From the human T2T-CHM13v2.0 reference genome, Homo sapiens: DNA of 64,000 nt. The stretch lies in the NCBI RefSeq assembly GCF_009914755.1, contig NC_060934.1; one strand, 5' to 3'. A model generated the notes under the pieces. It had not been told where the DNA came from. It did no database searches and was given only the letters and a program-made list of their open reading frames with translations. Positions 42,985-56,987 of the stretch are shown here, piece by piece. Numbering within the stretch: position 1 is the first letter of the stretch; each line of letters starts with the position of its first letter. Position numbers and translations under genes: made by a program.

Positions 42985-43332
42985 AAATGCTCTTCCTCCA
43001 GATCTTCACTTGGCTGGCTTTTTCTTTTTCTTCAAATTTCAGTTGACTGTCACTCCTCAAAAAGACTCTCTGTCCACCTTACCTAATATCTCATATTTAT
43101 TTCCTTTCTTCATTTATTTACTTGATTATTGTGATATACCACCACTAGATTGTAAGCTATGCAAGGACAGATTCCTTGTCTATCTTATTCACTAGTCTCT
43201 AGAACTACTCTCTCTAACCCTAGTCTCTAAGAATGGTGCCCGGCACGTAGTAAGTTTTTAGTAAGTATTGGATGGGCAGACGGATAGATGGGTAGGTGGG
43301 TGGGTGGATGGATGGACTAAAGCGATGAATGA
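42985..43332 (+). mobile_element. L2 3' end with GGAT/GGGT tail
   Basis: ccactagattgtaagctatgcaaggacag...gaatggtgcccggcacgtagtaag. Confidence 0.8.
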
Positions 43333-43833
43333 GGGAATCGAGTTAGGTTGGTTGGGACAAGCGCAGAGTTAAGATAGAAATTGAATGCAAGGAAAAGGCA
43401 TGACTCTGAAAGTGGCTCCTCTGATAAGAAACCAAAGCCTGCTGTTCTAAATGCCAAAATTGGAAACAAGTATACAAACTAGTGCATTTAGCAATGAGGG
43501 ATGGTGAGAAATGCTACATAAGGATTTCTCTTCACTGTTCACAGGGGTTGTTCTGTGAAAAAACAATGTAACCTGTCTCTGGCCCCAAAGGCTTGAACCA
43601 GAACCAGCCAGTGGAAATTACTCAAACACGTATTGTGCCTTCAATGAGAAGCCTTCTCACTGAAAGAGCTGCCCTGGACGGAAAATGAGTAGTGAGATGA
43701 TGCTGGTGGAAGTATTTATAGATGCGCAGTGCATGAGTACTTGGCAAGGATGCTATCAAAGGGGAAACTGACATCAAATGTGCTGTGGTTCTGGGTGATT
43801 TATCTGGTCCCTTCCCATCCCAGAGCTTTATGA

Positions 43834-44160
<327 letters not shown>

Positions 44161-44628
44161 TAACAATTATTTTTAAAAGGAGGAATTTAAATGAGCTGTG
44201 GATTATTCATTTTGTCCCATAAGAAGATAATTAAAAAATGACAAAAATGAACTGAACAAAAAAGTTCTAACAAAATAATAAGGCTGAATTTTTAAAGTCT
44301 CTTCCGCATCTTCTGTTCCCTGGGATGCCTTAGACGGGGTGTGCAGTATTTTAGGTACATCGTGAGCAAGGAGCCTGCATTCCCAGGGGGCGGCAGGGAC
44401 AGCATGTAAGGTCTTAGTCCAGCTCTGTGATCTGAAGGCAAAGCCTCTATGTGTGAAACACAGGGGTACCTCAAAAATAGAACAAGAGCACTCCATCCAT
44501 GTGCGGATGACTGTCAAGGTCACTGAGACCTACAGTGATCTGGAAAATTAAAGCTCTCTGGCCGCCTTTCCTCTCAGGACATACTTCTGGAGATCAAAAA
44601 AAAAAATTACAAATTGATGATTTTCTGT

Positions 44629-44639
44629 TGCTGAGTCAT
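44629..44639 (-). promoter_or_regulatory. Perfect CNC-sMAF (NRF2/NF-E2/BACH1) motif ATGACTCAGCA
   Basis: + strand tgctgagtcat in repeat-free sequence; motif match only, occupancy unknown. Confidence 0.4.
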
Positions 44640-45059
44640 TTTTCTTGCATTTCTTTCTGCTTTTCCTGTTTATCGTTGGTTTGATAGCTGAGCCGTAGGA
44701 TCGATGCCTTTCAGCGAGTGTGAGGGAGAGAGCTGAGGATGGAGGTATGTCCCCTCTAGGCACATTTAGGCGGGGATGCTTAGGGCCTCCTGCAAGTCCT
44801 CCGATGTCCAGAGATCAAGATGAGTGTCTTGTCTGGTTAATGAAGTTTGGATTATTCACTGCACCACAATCTCATTCTTATCCTTGTCAATTGTTGGGGC
44901 AAATGGAATACTGAGAATGGAATGTAGGAAGGGAGTTTAGATTCCTCACCTGATTTCTAGCCAGTCTGATTCGTTGTCTTACCAGAGAGGCCTCATTTGG
45001 GCCATATGTAAAGTGGCACCATCCCTGGCGAGCACCCCTAACGTTCCCTGTGCCCACGT

Positions 45060-45350
45060 GTCCCTTCATCTGGGTAGATCCCACTCATCTCACAAGGCCC
45101 AGCTTCAATGTTAACTTCTGTCTGAAGCTCCCCAAGCCTTCAGGCAGAATAACTATTCTTTCCTCTGTGCTTCCTCACTCTCCTCTATAACGCATTTGTC
45201 AGTTTATATTATGGATTGTTCTGTACAGACTTGGCTCTCCTCTGAGGCTAGGAGATCCTTGAGGACGGGGAGTGTGTTTCCTTTTTCTTTATATCTAGGA
45301 TTCAGCACAGTTCTTGGTCCTCAGTGAACGGCTGATGAATTGGAAAATAA
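45060..45350 (+). mobile_element. L2 3' fragment
   Basis: caaggcccagcttcaatgttaacttctgtctgaagctcccc...gatccttgaggacgggg...cagcacagttcttgg. Confidence 0.7.
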
Positions 45351-47100
45351 ATGACTGGACATCTGAAATATTAAAGGAATTAATATTTTGTGGGTGGAGA
45401 GAAATCAAGACATGTAAAGTTCAGTGTAAAATTAATCTTTTCTCCCCAATACAGTCTGATTAAATGGTGACAGTTTCTTCCTCTCATGAGCCATCTGGAT
45501 CTTAATGGTTATTTTCTTATAAGACTGTTGAGTTTACAGTACGACAGAACTGTGTTTACCTTGGAATGAGGGCTGTCCTCTATTAAGAAGCTTTCAGTAC
45601 AGCCCAAGAGTCAAGTTATGGTGTTGTGGGCAGAAAGCCAGTAGGGAAAGCCTTGAGGAGAAAGCCCTCATGGAAGAGAAATGCTTTATCATCTGGTCCC
45701 TGAATCTTATGGAATTCAGCAGTGACCTAGCCGCATGATCCCGCAGTGAGGGCTTAACACGTTCCACGGCCTGAACTCGCTCTGAATGGACTCCAGATTC
45801 CCAATGATGCATGCAGCCCCTCAGGGTCAGAGGCCATCATGCTGCCAATCAGACAAGGCAGGTGGAATGTTGCACAGCTGCACTCTGGTTGCATTTCCCA
45901 ACACCTCCCTGTCTCACGATGCTTGCACATTGGCATGCTGTTCCTGCCACCTTGTCATACTTGTGTGTGTGGAGAGCCTGTCCCCAGTGCTGTTTTCTCA
46001 GGACAAGCTCAACTTCACTTCCTCCCGCCTTATCGAACCCTTTGTTTCCAAAATTGTTAATCAAGCCACTTGGGGGGTTGAACTCAACTCCTCCCTCCCA
46101 ATATCCTCCCAGCTCAAAGTAATGAGAAAAACAATTGCCCACAGTGAGGATGTCCATGGTCCCCATTTTCCCCAGTCTATCATGCCTTAGACAGATACTG
46201 TTGAATTTTGTCAGTTGCATGTCCCACATGCTAATGGTGGTTATTTGGACATCTCTGCTTCAAGCCCAGCTTAAAAAACCATATGGCCCCAGATTCTTCA
46301 ATGCCACAGCTATGGTGCTCTTCCATGTTAAGAGACTTAACAGATGAAATATGGTTTTCCGAACCTCTTTTCATTTACCATCAAAATAACAAGCGATGTC
46401 TTGTATTTCAACAGAGACATTCTTTTCACTCAGTTACTCTGCAAAGAATGTGCCCTTGTCTCTGCTGTAGATTTTTATTTTATTTGTAAATTGTGCGTGC
46501 TGCATGCTACGGAATACTGAAAAGCCATACACCCTGGCTTGTTGGTTGACACATAGTATGTGTGATTACAGATTGTTTGAATAACAGTGGACTATTGAAC
46601 TGCCATCCAGATGTGTGTGGAGTTAACTGTGGGAATGTCCACAAAGGAGGATTATCTTTCTTGTTGCTGGGGCCAAGGCCCCCAGAAAGTGGAAACATAA
46701 GCATGGCAGCTACTCAAATAGAACAGTAGCTACAATTGGCTCTTCAGAAGCAAAATTAATCATTTTTTTTAAATTATGCATTGCAATTAAGACTGGGTTT
46801 GTTCTCTAAAAGTAAATCATGCAAAGAAAATGCCAAACAATAACACAAAAATTTGCAGCTTTGAATGCCCTTTGTGAATGGTTTCGTCATTTTGTTTTTA
46901 AACGTTTAGAAATTCAGAACATTGTAGATTAAAGATAAGACCTCAACCATTGCAAGCCTCCGAGCCATCATCTTGTAGACTTGATCTGTGTTTCCTGCAC
47001 TCTCTTCCATTCTTTGTACTGTACAGGATACTGTAAGCATTGATTAGTTGGTGTTCACAAATACTGGCCATGGGAAAACAATGCAGAATTCCCCCTGTGA

Positions 47101-47406
<306 letters not shown>

Positions 47407-47431
47407 TTGAACATTTTCTTTAAAAGATATT

Positions 47432-48447
47432 TGAACCACAGTGAGATACTACTTCCCACCTACTAGAATGGCTAAAATAAAACAGACAGTAACAAGTGCT
47501 GACAAGGATATGGAGAAATTGGAATGCTCATGTGCTGCTGGTGAGAATGTAAAATGGGGTCACCACTTTGGAAAACAGTTTGGCAATCACTTAAAATGGT
47601 AAACATGGAGTTTACCCTATGATCCAGCATTTCCATTACTAGGTATCTGTATCCAAGACCCATGAAAACCTATGTCCACACAAAAACTTATACATGAATA
47701 TTTATAACAGCATTATTTATAATAGTCAAAAAGTAGAAGCAACCCAAATGTCCAGCAACTGATGAGTGTATAAATAAAATGTGGTCTATTATTCAGCCAT
47801 GAACAGGAATGAAGTACTAATCCAACATGGATAAACCTGAAAACATGCTCAGTAAAAGAAGCCAGATACAAGAGACCACATAGTCTATGAATCCATTGTA
47901 TGGAATGTCTGGAATAACTAATCTATAGAGACAAAAAGTAGATTATTAGTGGTCACAGAGCACTGGAGAGGGGAAATTAAGAGTGACTATTAATGGGCCA
48001 GGCACGGTGGCTCACGCCTGTAGTCCCAGCACTTTGGGAAGCTGAGGCAGTCAGATCACTTGAGGTCAGGAGTTCAAGACCAGCCTGGCCAACATGGTGG
48101 AACCCCGTCCTACTAAAAATAGAAAAATTATCTGAGCATGGTGGCACGCGCCTGTAATCCCAGCTACTCAGGAGGCTGAGGCAGGAGTATCACTTGAGCC
48201 CAGGAGGCAGAGGTTTGCAGTGAGCCAGGATCACGCTACTTTACTCCAGCCTGTCTCAAAAACTAAAAAACAAAAGAGTGACTGTTAACGGATATTGGGG
48301 TTTCTTTTGCAGTGATGAAAGTCTTCTAAAATTGATATTGATGATGATTGTACAACTCAGTGAACACACTAAAAATTCTTAAATTTTACCCTTTAAATGG
48401 GTGAATTGCATGGTATGTGAATCATACCTCAATAAAACTGTTTACAA
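47432..48447 (+). mobile_element. L1MB-type 3' end, interrupted by an Alu
   Basis: ccactttggaaaacagtttggca, agaagcaacccaaatgtcca, ggtatgtgaatcatacctcaataaaactg. Confidence 0.92.
47996..48274 (+). mobile_element. Alu (AluS-type) inserted in L1MB, with a 3' internal deletion
   Basis: TSD aagagtgactattaatg / aagagtgactgttaacg; ctccagcctgtctcaaa. Confidence 0.96.
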
Positions 48448-49832
48448 ATGAAGATGAATGAAGATATTTTCAGATAAAAAAATTTTTAAGGTATTTGAAG
48501 GTGAGTTTTTAAAAATTATACTTAAAATTAGGATATCTTCAAAAATCAACATATCTGAACTTTTTTACCAGCGTAGAAAAAAGGGGGAAATGCTTTTCAA
48601 TTTAATAGCTTATATCTTTTTTTTCTTTCCTGGAATGAAAGATCTGTTACTTGTTCAACAGTGTCAATGCTTTCTATCTCTGGTTGGAATCTGCAGCAGT
48701 CAGTTGGCACCCAGCCATCAAATACCTAGATTTACCTTTGTGCAATAAAAGTCCCTTTAGCAATGCATATTGAGATATATCATTTTGAACCTATTTTAAA
48801 TTCTGTAGCAAGCAAGTAAAAAAAATAAATAAATCATGAAACATCAGGCAAGTCAAAGGAAACAAAGAAACGAATAGGAAATCCTCTCTAGATTCCGTTC
48901 CCACTTTACTTTCTGTAGTTTGATCTAAAGAAAAATGTGGAATTTCCTGCAGAGTGATTAATAGGCTAATGTGGTGACTGACAGGCACTCTGAGCTTGAC
49001 CTGGCAGGTAAAGGCTAACTGGCACGTTAAGTTGATTACACAATTTCCTCTAAATAAGTTGACAAGTGGTTTGCACAGTTGCCTTGACTTTTGCCCTTAT
49101 AAATGCACACTTATAAATGAATTGCTTTTTCAACTAAAGCAATCCTTATTTTAGATGTGACATGTGTTAAGTAAACAGCTTGATACAGAACCCCAGCATC
49201 CTAGCCTTCCTAGCCAGGTCAGATTATCAGAGTTGCTAGGAAATAAGAGTTTTGAGCCTGAAACTCAGCTTTGAGATGTGGTTGTATCCCTAGGGCATAA
49301 GAAACCCAAAACTATTTTTCTTCCCTCTAGTATTGTGAAGCAGATTATTAGATTTGAGAAGATGTGTTCCACAAATGTCTCGAAAGAGTCCAGGAGTGGA
49401 GGCTGCTAAATGGTTTGCTTAATTCTAATGCTTTATACAGATCTCCTTTCAGGATGTCAAGTTTGTAGGAAAATGCAGCCTTTGGTTGGTATTTCTTTAA
49501 AAATATGACAGAGAAAAGATTTCTAGTTGGCATCTCTGTTCTATGATCATTTTCACAAGAAGAAAATGTCCATTTATACTTCAGAGAATATGGTTTATTG
49601 AGATATTTTGTTTTACAGATGTACTACTTCCTTCCATTTAAGGGGAGAGTTACAAAAAGCTATGATAAATGAACAGGAAATACAGTTTGAGATAATAAAT
49701 CAAAATGCTCTTAAGGAAAATAACTATTTATTTGTAGATTTATAAGCCAGGCACCTTTATTGAACCTGATATATCCTGATTTGATAAGCAAGAGGAGATT
49801 TGCTAATGTTGTTGATTTAGCTGGGACCTATT

Positions 49833-49835
<3 letters not shown>

Positions 49836-49875
<40 letters not shown>
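49836..49875. repeat. (GT)20 microsatellite
   Basis: Pure GT run of 40 nt. Confidence 0.98.
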
Positions 49876-49876
<1 letters not shown>

Positions 49877-50885
49877 TTCCTGAATGAATTAAACATTTGG
49901 AAAATGAATTGATTTTTATTTGTATATACAAAGATAATACCATTTACGCTTTCCAGGTCTAGAATATGACAAGCCTTGAGTTCGTCTGGAAAATAGAACA
50001 TTATTAGGACTCAGAGGTTAAACGTACCATCCCATCAAAGTCTGTGAATGCTCCCCTGCAACAATGAGCAGACCCATTATAAATCGTCTTCATTCATGTT
50101 AACTCTTACAAAAGATGAAACTCGTCAGGCTTACAATGTTTACTACTTTCCAGAGATGACTCATGCAGTAATCTTTTTATTTATTTCATTATTTCACTCC
50201 ATCATCTGGAGGTACTCGTAACAAAAGGATTGCCTTCCACTTTGTGGCTGGGGCTGGCTGTGTACTTGGTAAGGACCGGGCTAGTCCCTCCTGCAGTGTG
50301 GTTTCTCCTTGCAAGTCGTCAATATCCAGTAACCATTAACTATGAACAACATCCTCCACTCATTTCACTTCCGCCCCAGCTGGCCAGCGCCCTTTAGACA
50401 TATTCATGAGCCAGGGGGGAGATATTTCATGCCCAACCCTCTCTGCCTTTGGAAGGTTGGAGTCTCCTGAGGTTTGGATTTAAACTCCACATGGCAAACC
50501 CAAGTTTCAGGAACCTCCCACCCCAGTGGAATAGTCAAGAGAAGTTTCTGCTGTGTCTCCTTTTTGCCTCTCCAGAGAGAACACTCTTAAAAAGAAAAAA
50601 ATTATTTCGGTTATATACATTTTCAATCAAATATTTTAGAAATAAAAAATATAGGACATAATATAATGAACACCTTTCTTCCTGGTATAAGCTTTAGAGT
50701 TAATATTTTACAAATACAGTGAAGCCCCTGTTCAACCTCAAGTTTCCTTATAAGACCAAGTCTGCAGCACCTTGAAGAAATCCACATCAAATACTGGGAC
50801 CCTCCCTGTGAAAGGAAACAGGGATGATATACTCAGGGAGGAAGAATGGACTTTTTCTTTGTCGGTTTGTGTTTTTAATATTCCA

Positions 50886-50967
50886 GATATTTGAACCATA
50901 AGAAATTGCCAGTATTCACTTGTTTTCTACTTACGGAAATGTCAATTTTATGTGGGTCAGCCTCATA
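50886..50967. mobile_element. MADE2-like mariner MITE (~80 bp)
   Basis: ttgaaccataagaaattgcc ... gtcaattttatgtgggtcagcctcata imperfect inverted arms. Confidence 0.7.
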
Positions 50968-51277
50968 GCAGGGAGACAAATGTCCCTTGCACATTACAGA
51001 AAAAAACTAAATCAAGCTCACATCTCCTCTTGTATAAGCTATTAGCTTAGCCTCAGAATTAGCTTCCCTGCCTTAATTCTCAACCCCCTCCAATTCAGCG
51101 TCCACTCTCTTGCCACAACCATACAGATAAACCTGATAAAAGTTCTGGCTAGAAATTTAAAAATATTTCCTTGCAGAAATATCAGTGATTGGTTATGGTG
51201 TTCTACCCCCAGATTCTGCCGGAAGTGATATGGAACATATGGCATATGCTTACATGCTTACATTTTCTTCTTCTTCC

Positions 51278-51561
51278 TTTTTTTTTTTTTTTTTTGAGAC
51301 AGAGTCTGTCGCCCAGGCTGGCACAACCATGGCTCACTGTAGCCTTGGCCTCTCAGGCTCAAGCGATCTTCCCACCTCAGCCTCCCAAGTAGCTGGGACT
51401 ACACGCACATGTCACCATGCATGACTTATTTTTAAATTTTTTGTGGAAACAAGGTCTTGCTGCGTTGCCAGGGCTGGTCTCAAACTCCTGGGTTTAAGCA
51501 ATCCTCCCACCTCCGCCTCCCAAAGTGCTGGGATTACAGGCATGAGCCAAGGCGCCTGGCC
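51278..51561 (-). mobile_element. Alu (AluJ-like)
   Basis: catggctcactgtagcctt, aactcctgggtttaagcaatcctccc. Confidence 0.95.
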
Positions 51562-51703
51562 TACTATTGCACTTTCGATGTTGTCCCTTAGCTGTGCATC
51601 GACATCCCTCCCTGTCGGAGCTCTTACTAGAAGCCAGCTACATTGCAGATCCAGCACGTTCAGCATCTTGTCTCATTTCATCCTCACAGCAAACTGAGAT
51701 ATC

Positions 51704-52690
51704 CAGGGGTAGAACAGGTTTTGTGGGACCTGAAGCATTTACAGTTTGGGGTACTCCCTGAAAGAAACATTAAACTCAGTAAGTTATGAAAGTTAATGAT
51801 TGTCTAGGTCAAGAAAAGAAAGTACAATACATTTTTTAAAGCAGGCAAATACTACAGGCACCATAAAATGCAGGAAAAAAGTAGTTTTATTAATTAACTG
51901 ATTGACACATATGTAATACTTTTTTTCCCTATGTTTTTTGGCTGCATAATCCCTGGCCATTTCTTCACCTAATAATTATTTTATGACTTTTTGTGGAGAG
52001 AGTAGGAAGAGGGTTAACTTCTTCCTCTAGCATGGTTGATCAAAACTTGTTTTTTTTTTAATGATTGAAAGTTTTATAAAAGCTTCTTTGGCTCTGTGGT
52101 TCAGTATTAGTAATGTCGTGGAAGTTTTTAAGATTGTTGTCAAATGAACATATCTCTCACTTTTTGTCTATATATGAGCTGTAGGATTTGGATTTTTTTT
52201 TCTCAGACTAGTTTCTGGCTCTATACATTTTGTTTTTGTGCCACCCACGTACCTCCAGTGTCGAGTGCTCTCACTATGTTCACATTACAGTAAGACCTCT
52301 GAGCCTGCACCTTTGTGTCCCAGTACTCCATGAGTTGACCATCTCCAGCTCAACACAGCTGACAGTGATTTAACCAGACATGGAAATGACTGTGGACATG
52401 TGAATCTATCCCACTACATCCAAAGTAAATTATCCCTAACTCAGCTTCCCCTTAGCTGGATCCCAAAAGTGCTCACAGCCACACCGATGCTGTCCAACAT
52501 GAAAGGGAATAGTAGAAAGTCAGTCGTCCTAACCATGCATTGCAGTTACTGTATCTTATTTTTACAAAGATATTTGGCCAAGTGAACATATTGCTAAGAC
52601 CTCTTTCAGGACCTTGGAAGGAGCCCAAACAAGTGAAGGACTGACCCTGAAGCCCAGAATGAAGCTGAGAAGCCACATGTGAATCTCCTA
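51704..52690. mobile_element. hAT-Tip100 fossil (MER115/Zaphod-like) inserted in a MIR
   Basis: Start caggggtagaacaggttttgtgggacctgaagc; end gtgaacatattgctaagacc...ccttggaaggagccc...ccctgaagc; MIR-like sequence on both flanks. Confidence 0.65.
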
Positions 52691-53689
52691 GCAGATTTGT
52701 GCAAGGTTACTCAGGTAGCAAGAGACAGAGCTAGGATTTAAACTCAAGTCTTTAGAGGCCAATTTAAGAATCTTTTAAATTATGCTAATTCATGTCTTGT
52801 ATTACAAAACCTTTCCCTTCCCTATCCCACCTTAGTGCTCAGTAAGTACATAGCCATTGGTCAACATTTGCTACAGAAAAAATGGACATCTAAGTCTCAA
52901 AACAGGTTTGCTGTGTTCTTGATCATATTTGGGCCAACTTCCTTGAAGACTCTGGAATTTCATGTCTATTTGAAATCAATTTTATGATATAGAATTTCAG
53001 ATAAATCTGTACGAAACAAAACTCACTGCCTCTACTCCACCCATGTTTTAGAAACCATGTTGCTCCTCATTCATCTGGGAGTATTTCTCAGCATGCCCCA
53101 AGGACTGATAAATATAGTACAGTCCTTAGGTTTATCCTGGTGTCCCTAAGAGTCACAGTTCAGAAATGGTGGGACACTCTTAATTAGAAGGGGGACAGCC
53201 AGCAGCGACCCTGCTTTCAGTGCCCTGGCACCTACAGAAAAAAGCCTTTCTGTCTGATAAACCCTCTGGTGTGTGCAGCCCACCGCTGTACACATGGGCG
53301 GAACTCGCTCTCACAGAACAAGTGTGTTTGCCAAAACAGGGAGTGAAGTGTCTTGCAAGGCCACTTGTTCCAGAAGAAAGACAGGATAAGGGAAGTGGCA
53401 GAAACTGTGATAGGGAAGGAGTTTTTCCACGCTAACAAAGCGTGAACCGATAAGCCTGACCTTATAGACAAATGTTGAGGGTCCTAAGAGCACCTCTCAG
53501 GCCAAAATTAACTGAGCAAATTTGACTTGGCTTCCCATTTTATAATGGAAAAAATTCCTAGGGAGAAAGAAAACTCAACATTGGCTGCTATCACGGCTGA
53601 TGGATTTGACTTCTTATCTGCCAGATTTTCCTACTAAACAAGTCAATGGAATCACTTTCTAATATGTCCGAACTAGAAGGTTGCATGAT

Positions 53690-53925
53690 AAAAATATGTT
53701 AATAATATTATCATTCTTACAGTCCCTGGGCCAAGAATGTTTACAGTCCTTATCTCATTTAATCCTCACAAGAACCCTCTGGGGCTATTTCAATTTACAG
53801 ATGAAGACAGTGAGACTCAGAGAGATCCAGTCACTTACCCAGCGCAGTCACACAGCCAACAAGTGGTGGAGACCAGATTTGAACTAGGGCAGTCAGATTC
53901 GGGGGCCTGTGCATTTATCCACTGT
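53690..53925 (-). mobile_element. MIR
   Basis: atctcatttaatcctcacaagaaccct...tttacagatgaagacagtgagactcagagag. Confidence 0.85.
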
Positions 53926-54096
53926 TACACAGTGAGGTCCATCTGAATCTTATTCCTGTTTCCCTCCTCGGGACTCCACCGGGCCTCCAAACACTTCCCA
54001 TAAATGGGGAATGCCTTAAGACACTCTCTGAATGTTACCTGTGATGTGGGTAAAGCAAACAGGAGCTGTTTTTATCATCTGCCACAAGTATTCTTA

Positions 54097-54398
54097 TTAG
54101 CATGCATTGCTTGATGACGGGGATACGTTCTGAGAGTTCATCGTTGTGCGAACATTACAGAGTGTGCTTACACAAACCTAGATGGTAAAGTCTACTACAC
54201 ACCTAGGCTGTAAGGTATATCCTATAGTGCCTAGGCTACACTCATGTACAGCATTTTACTGTCCTGAATACGATAGGCAGTTATAACACAATGGTTAAGT
54301 ATTTGTGTATATAAACATAGAAAAGTTACAGTAAAAATACTGTATTATAACTATAGTTTCCGTTGTTGACCAAAACGTTGTTAGGTGGCCGATGACCG
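54097..54398 (-). mobile_element. Tigger3a (MER7A-like) DNA transposon
   Basis: gacggggatacgttctgag, cacaaacctagatggt, ctacacacctaggct, ttgaccaaaacgttgtt...atgaccg followed by TA. Confidence 0.88.
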
Positions 54399-54799
54399 TA
54401 ATTGTTTTGTTTTGTTTTCTCTTGGGGTGCCTAGAATAAAACATAAGAATATTGGTAAGGGAGCAAAATAAATATGTATTGGTCCCCGAAAGGCTTGATA
54501 CATGCTTGATTCTTCACCCTTACCTGGAGACTGGGTTGTGTAGAAGGAGGCCCTCAAAGAGGAATACGGAGAGTATGGCTTCTTCCTTCTGGCAAACTCA
54601 GAGTTCAGTGCTGCCCCTTTGGGGGCTGGAACAAGGTTCCCCATGTGTTTCTCAGTTGTACCTAGCAATTTCCCTAGGAAGTTTTTGAAGTTTCCAGGGT
54701 TGGCAGCCACACTCATATGGCCCGGCTGGAGGGTACAGTGGCAATCCAACGCCCAGACAGGGTCCTGGACGTTGGACTCCTAGACCAAAGCGGAGAGGA

Positions 54800-54970
54800 A
54801 GTGATGGGTCAAGGCGACAACAGGGAGCCTTAGGAGAATGTGTGCTCCAACCCCTCATCTCATAGGTGGAGAAACTGAGGCCCAGGTAGAGGAAGTGACT
54901 TGCTAAAGGTCACTCAGCTAATCTTGGTGGAGCCAGCACTAGGATTCCTGACAAGAGACCCCTTCCACCA
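54800..54970 (-). mobile_element. MIR
   Basis: ataggtggagaaactgaggcccaggtagaggaagtgacttgctaaaggtcac. Confidence 0.85.
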
Positions 54971-55438
54971 TAGGCTGCTGACATGCCCGGCTCAGGGCAA
55001 CATCACCCACCCAGACAGGTACCTCCCACGGCAAAGCCTAAATACACAATGTTAGATTAGTCATACAGCAATCCAATTTGGGGTTGCATTTGGAAATTGT
55101 ACTGGTACTGAAAACAACAATAGCCAGAGAGGCTTTGCCCATTTTTCTCAGGTGGCTAGATTTTCAGTGTAGAACACTAAAAAAGCTATTTAAATTAACT
55201 CTATTTTATTCGTACAGTTGGGGACTCATCTATAAAAACACATGTTGTCACATTACCTGAGCCAGTCAAGTTTTCTCCAGATTTATATTCCACAGCAGAG
55301 ATGCAGGGAAGTTGCCCAACAAGTCCTTTATTACTTATTCTGAAAGCCAAGATGTGCCCTGGATAATTATACACATGTACAAATAACCCACACACAAATG
55401 ACACCTGTTACTCTTTTTTTTTTTTTAATTTAGAAACC

Positions 55439-55745
55439 TTTTTTTTTTTTTTTTTTTTTTTGAGACGGAGTCTCGCTCTGTCGCCCAGGCTGGAGTGCAG
55501 TGGCGCGATCTCGGCTCACTGCAAGCTCCGCCTCCCGGGTTCACGCCATTCTCCTGTCTCAGATTCCTGAGTAGCTGGGACTACAGATGCCCGCCACCAT
55601 GCCCGGCTAATTTTTTTTTTTTATTTTTAGTAGAGACGGGGTTTCACCGTGTTAGCCAGGTTGGTCTCGATCTCCTGACCTCGTGACCCACCCGCCTCAG
55701 CCTCCCAAAGTGCTGGGATTACAGGCGTGAGCCACTGCTCCCAGC
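55439..55745 (-). mobile_element. AluY, the youngest Alu in the window
   Basis: ctgcaagctccgcctcccgggttcacgccattctcc and caccgtgttagccagg diagnostics; many intact CpGs. Confidence 0.96.
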
Positions 55746-56559
55746 AGAAAATGTTTTGTCTTACATGCTTTAAGTATATTCTTATCAAAACCTTGGAGTT
55801 ACAGATTTAGTTCATTCGAATTATGGAAAAGTCTACCGTATGACCCAATGAGTAAAACCAATCTTCGTTGTCAAATAAAACAACCAGGTAGACTGATTTT
55901 CTAACAGAACAAGTCTGACATGATTTTTTTTCTGTTTAAATATATGCATTAATACATGAACCAAGGACAACCACATCACTTCTGTTCTAATTCTAGGGTA
56001 GTTGCGAAGCCAGTCCAGTGGCCTTAGGTGGATTTATGGAGTGTGGAGCTTTAAGCCTGTCTGTGAATTTGGCATATGGGGCAGAAGGCACTGCCACCTT
56101 CAGTACTGCTTACTGACACTCTATTTGCTTTGTCCTCACAAGACTTTCTCAGAAAAACTACATTCTTTGAAAATGAGGGTAGGGGGTGGAAAACGTGAAA
56201 CCATGAATGAAGATTGTCAAAAGTTGCACCACCCTAGTCTACAATACATCTGAATTCAGATCATCCCAACAAGGGTTGAATGCTGCTTCACCCTTGATAG
56301 GAATATGTGTAAGACAGGGAGGAAACTCAGAGCTGTAGCTGGGATCTGTGGCCCTTGATGAAAGGAGTAGCTGCTTACAGCAGTCCTTCGTATTGCCTGT
56401 TTGCCTCTATGGAGGTTTTTACACTTCAGGCAGAGCTACTTAGTAAAGTGGGAGAAGGCATTTAAGGAAAGAGAGGGAAAAGAACTGCAAGATACCTGGA
56501 TTGCTTTTAGCAAATAATACATATAGGAGGGACCTGGAAATCAGTTCCCTTAAACTTAG

Positions 56560-56900
56560 CTATGCTCTAGTTTGAAGACTTCAAGAAAAATCCTTCTAGA
56601 TACTGACAAGAGGCCATATACCCAGGCATTTTTTGCAGCACTGGAGTAGCAGAAATTTAGAAGCAACATAAATGTTCATCATTTGGGAAGAGGGTCGATG
56701 CAGTAGCATACTATATAGCTGTTAAGTGAACCATGCACACATATATGCAGTTTGAAACTTACATTGAGTCAAAAGATAATTTTCAAATATGCTATACACA
56801 AAGTATTATGCATGTTGATATATATGTAGTAAAAGTATAAAAACAGGGACAAGCTTCAGGTTAGTAGTTACCTGGAGGTAGAGATGAATGAGGAGGAACT
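56560..56900 (+). mobile_element. L1ME-type 3' fragment
   Basis: aatttagaagcaacataaatgttcatc...agcttcaggttagtagttacctgg; very diverged. Confidence 0.5.
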
Positions 56901-56987
56901 GTCACATGTTATCTTATCAAAAGACCAGCTCAGCCTTCCATGGGATTAAATCAATTATTGTCTTTGGGGAGAAACAAAGAGACTGAC

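Noticed and set aside
45594-46347. Stack of overlapping ORFs on both strands
   Set aside because: No recognisable protein or exon structure; explained by locally higher GC and fewer stop codons
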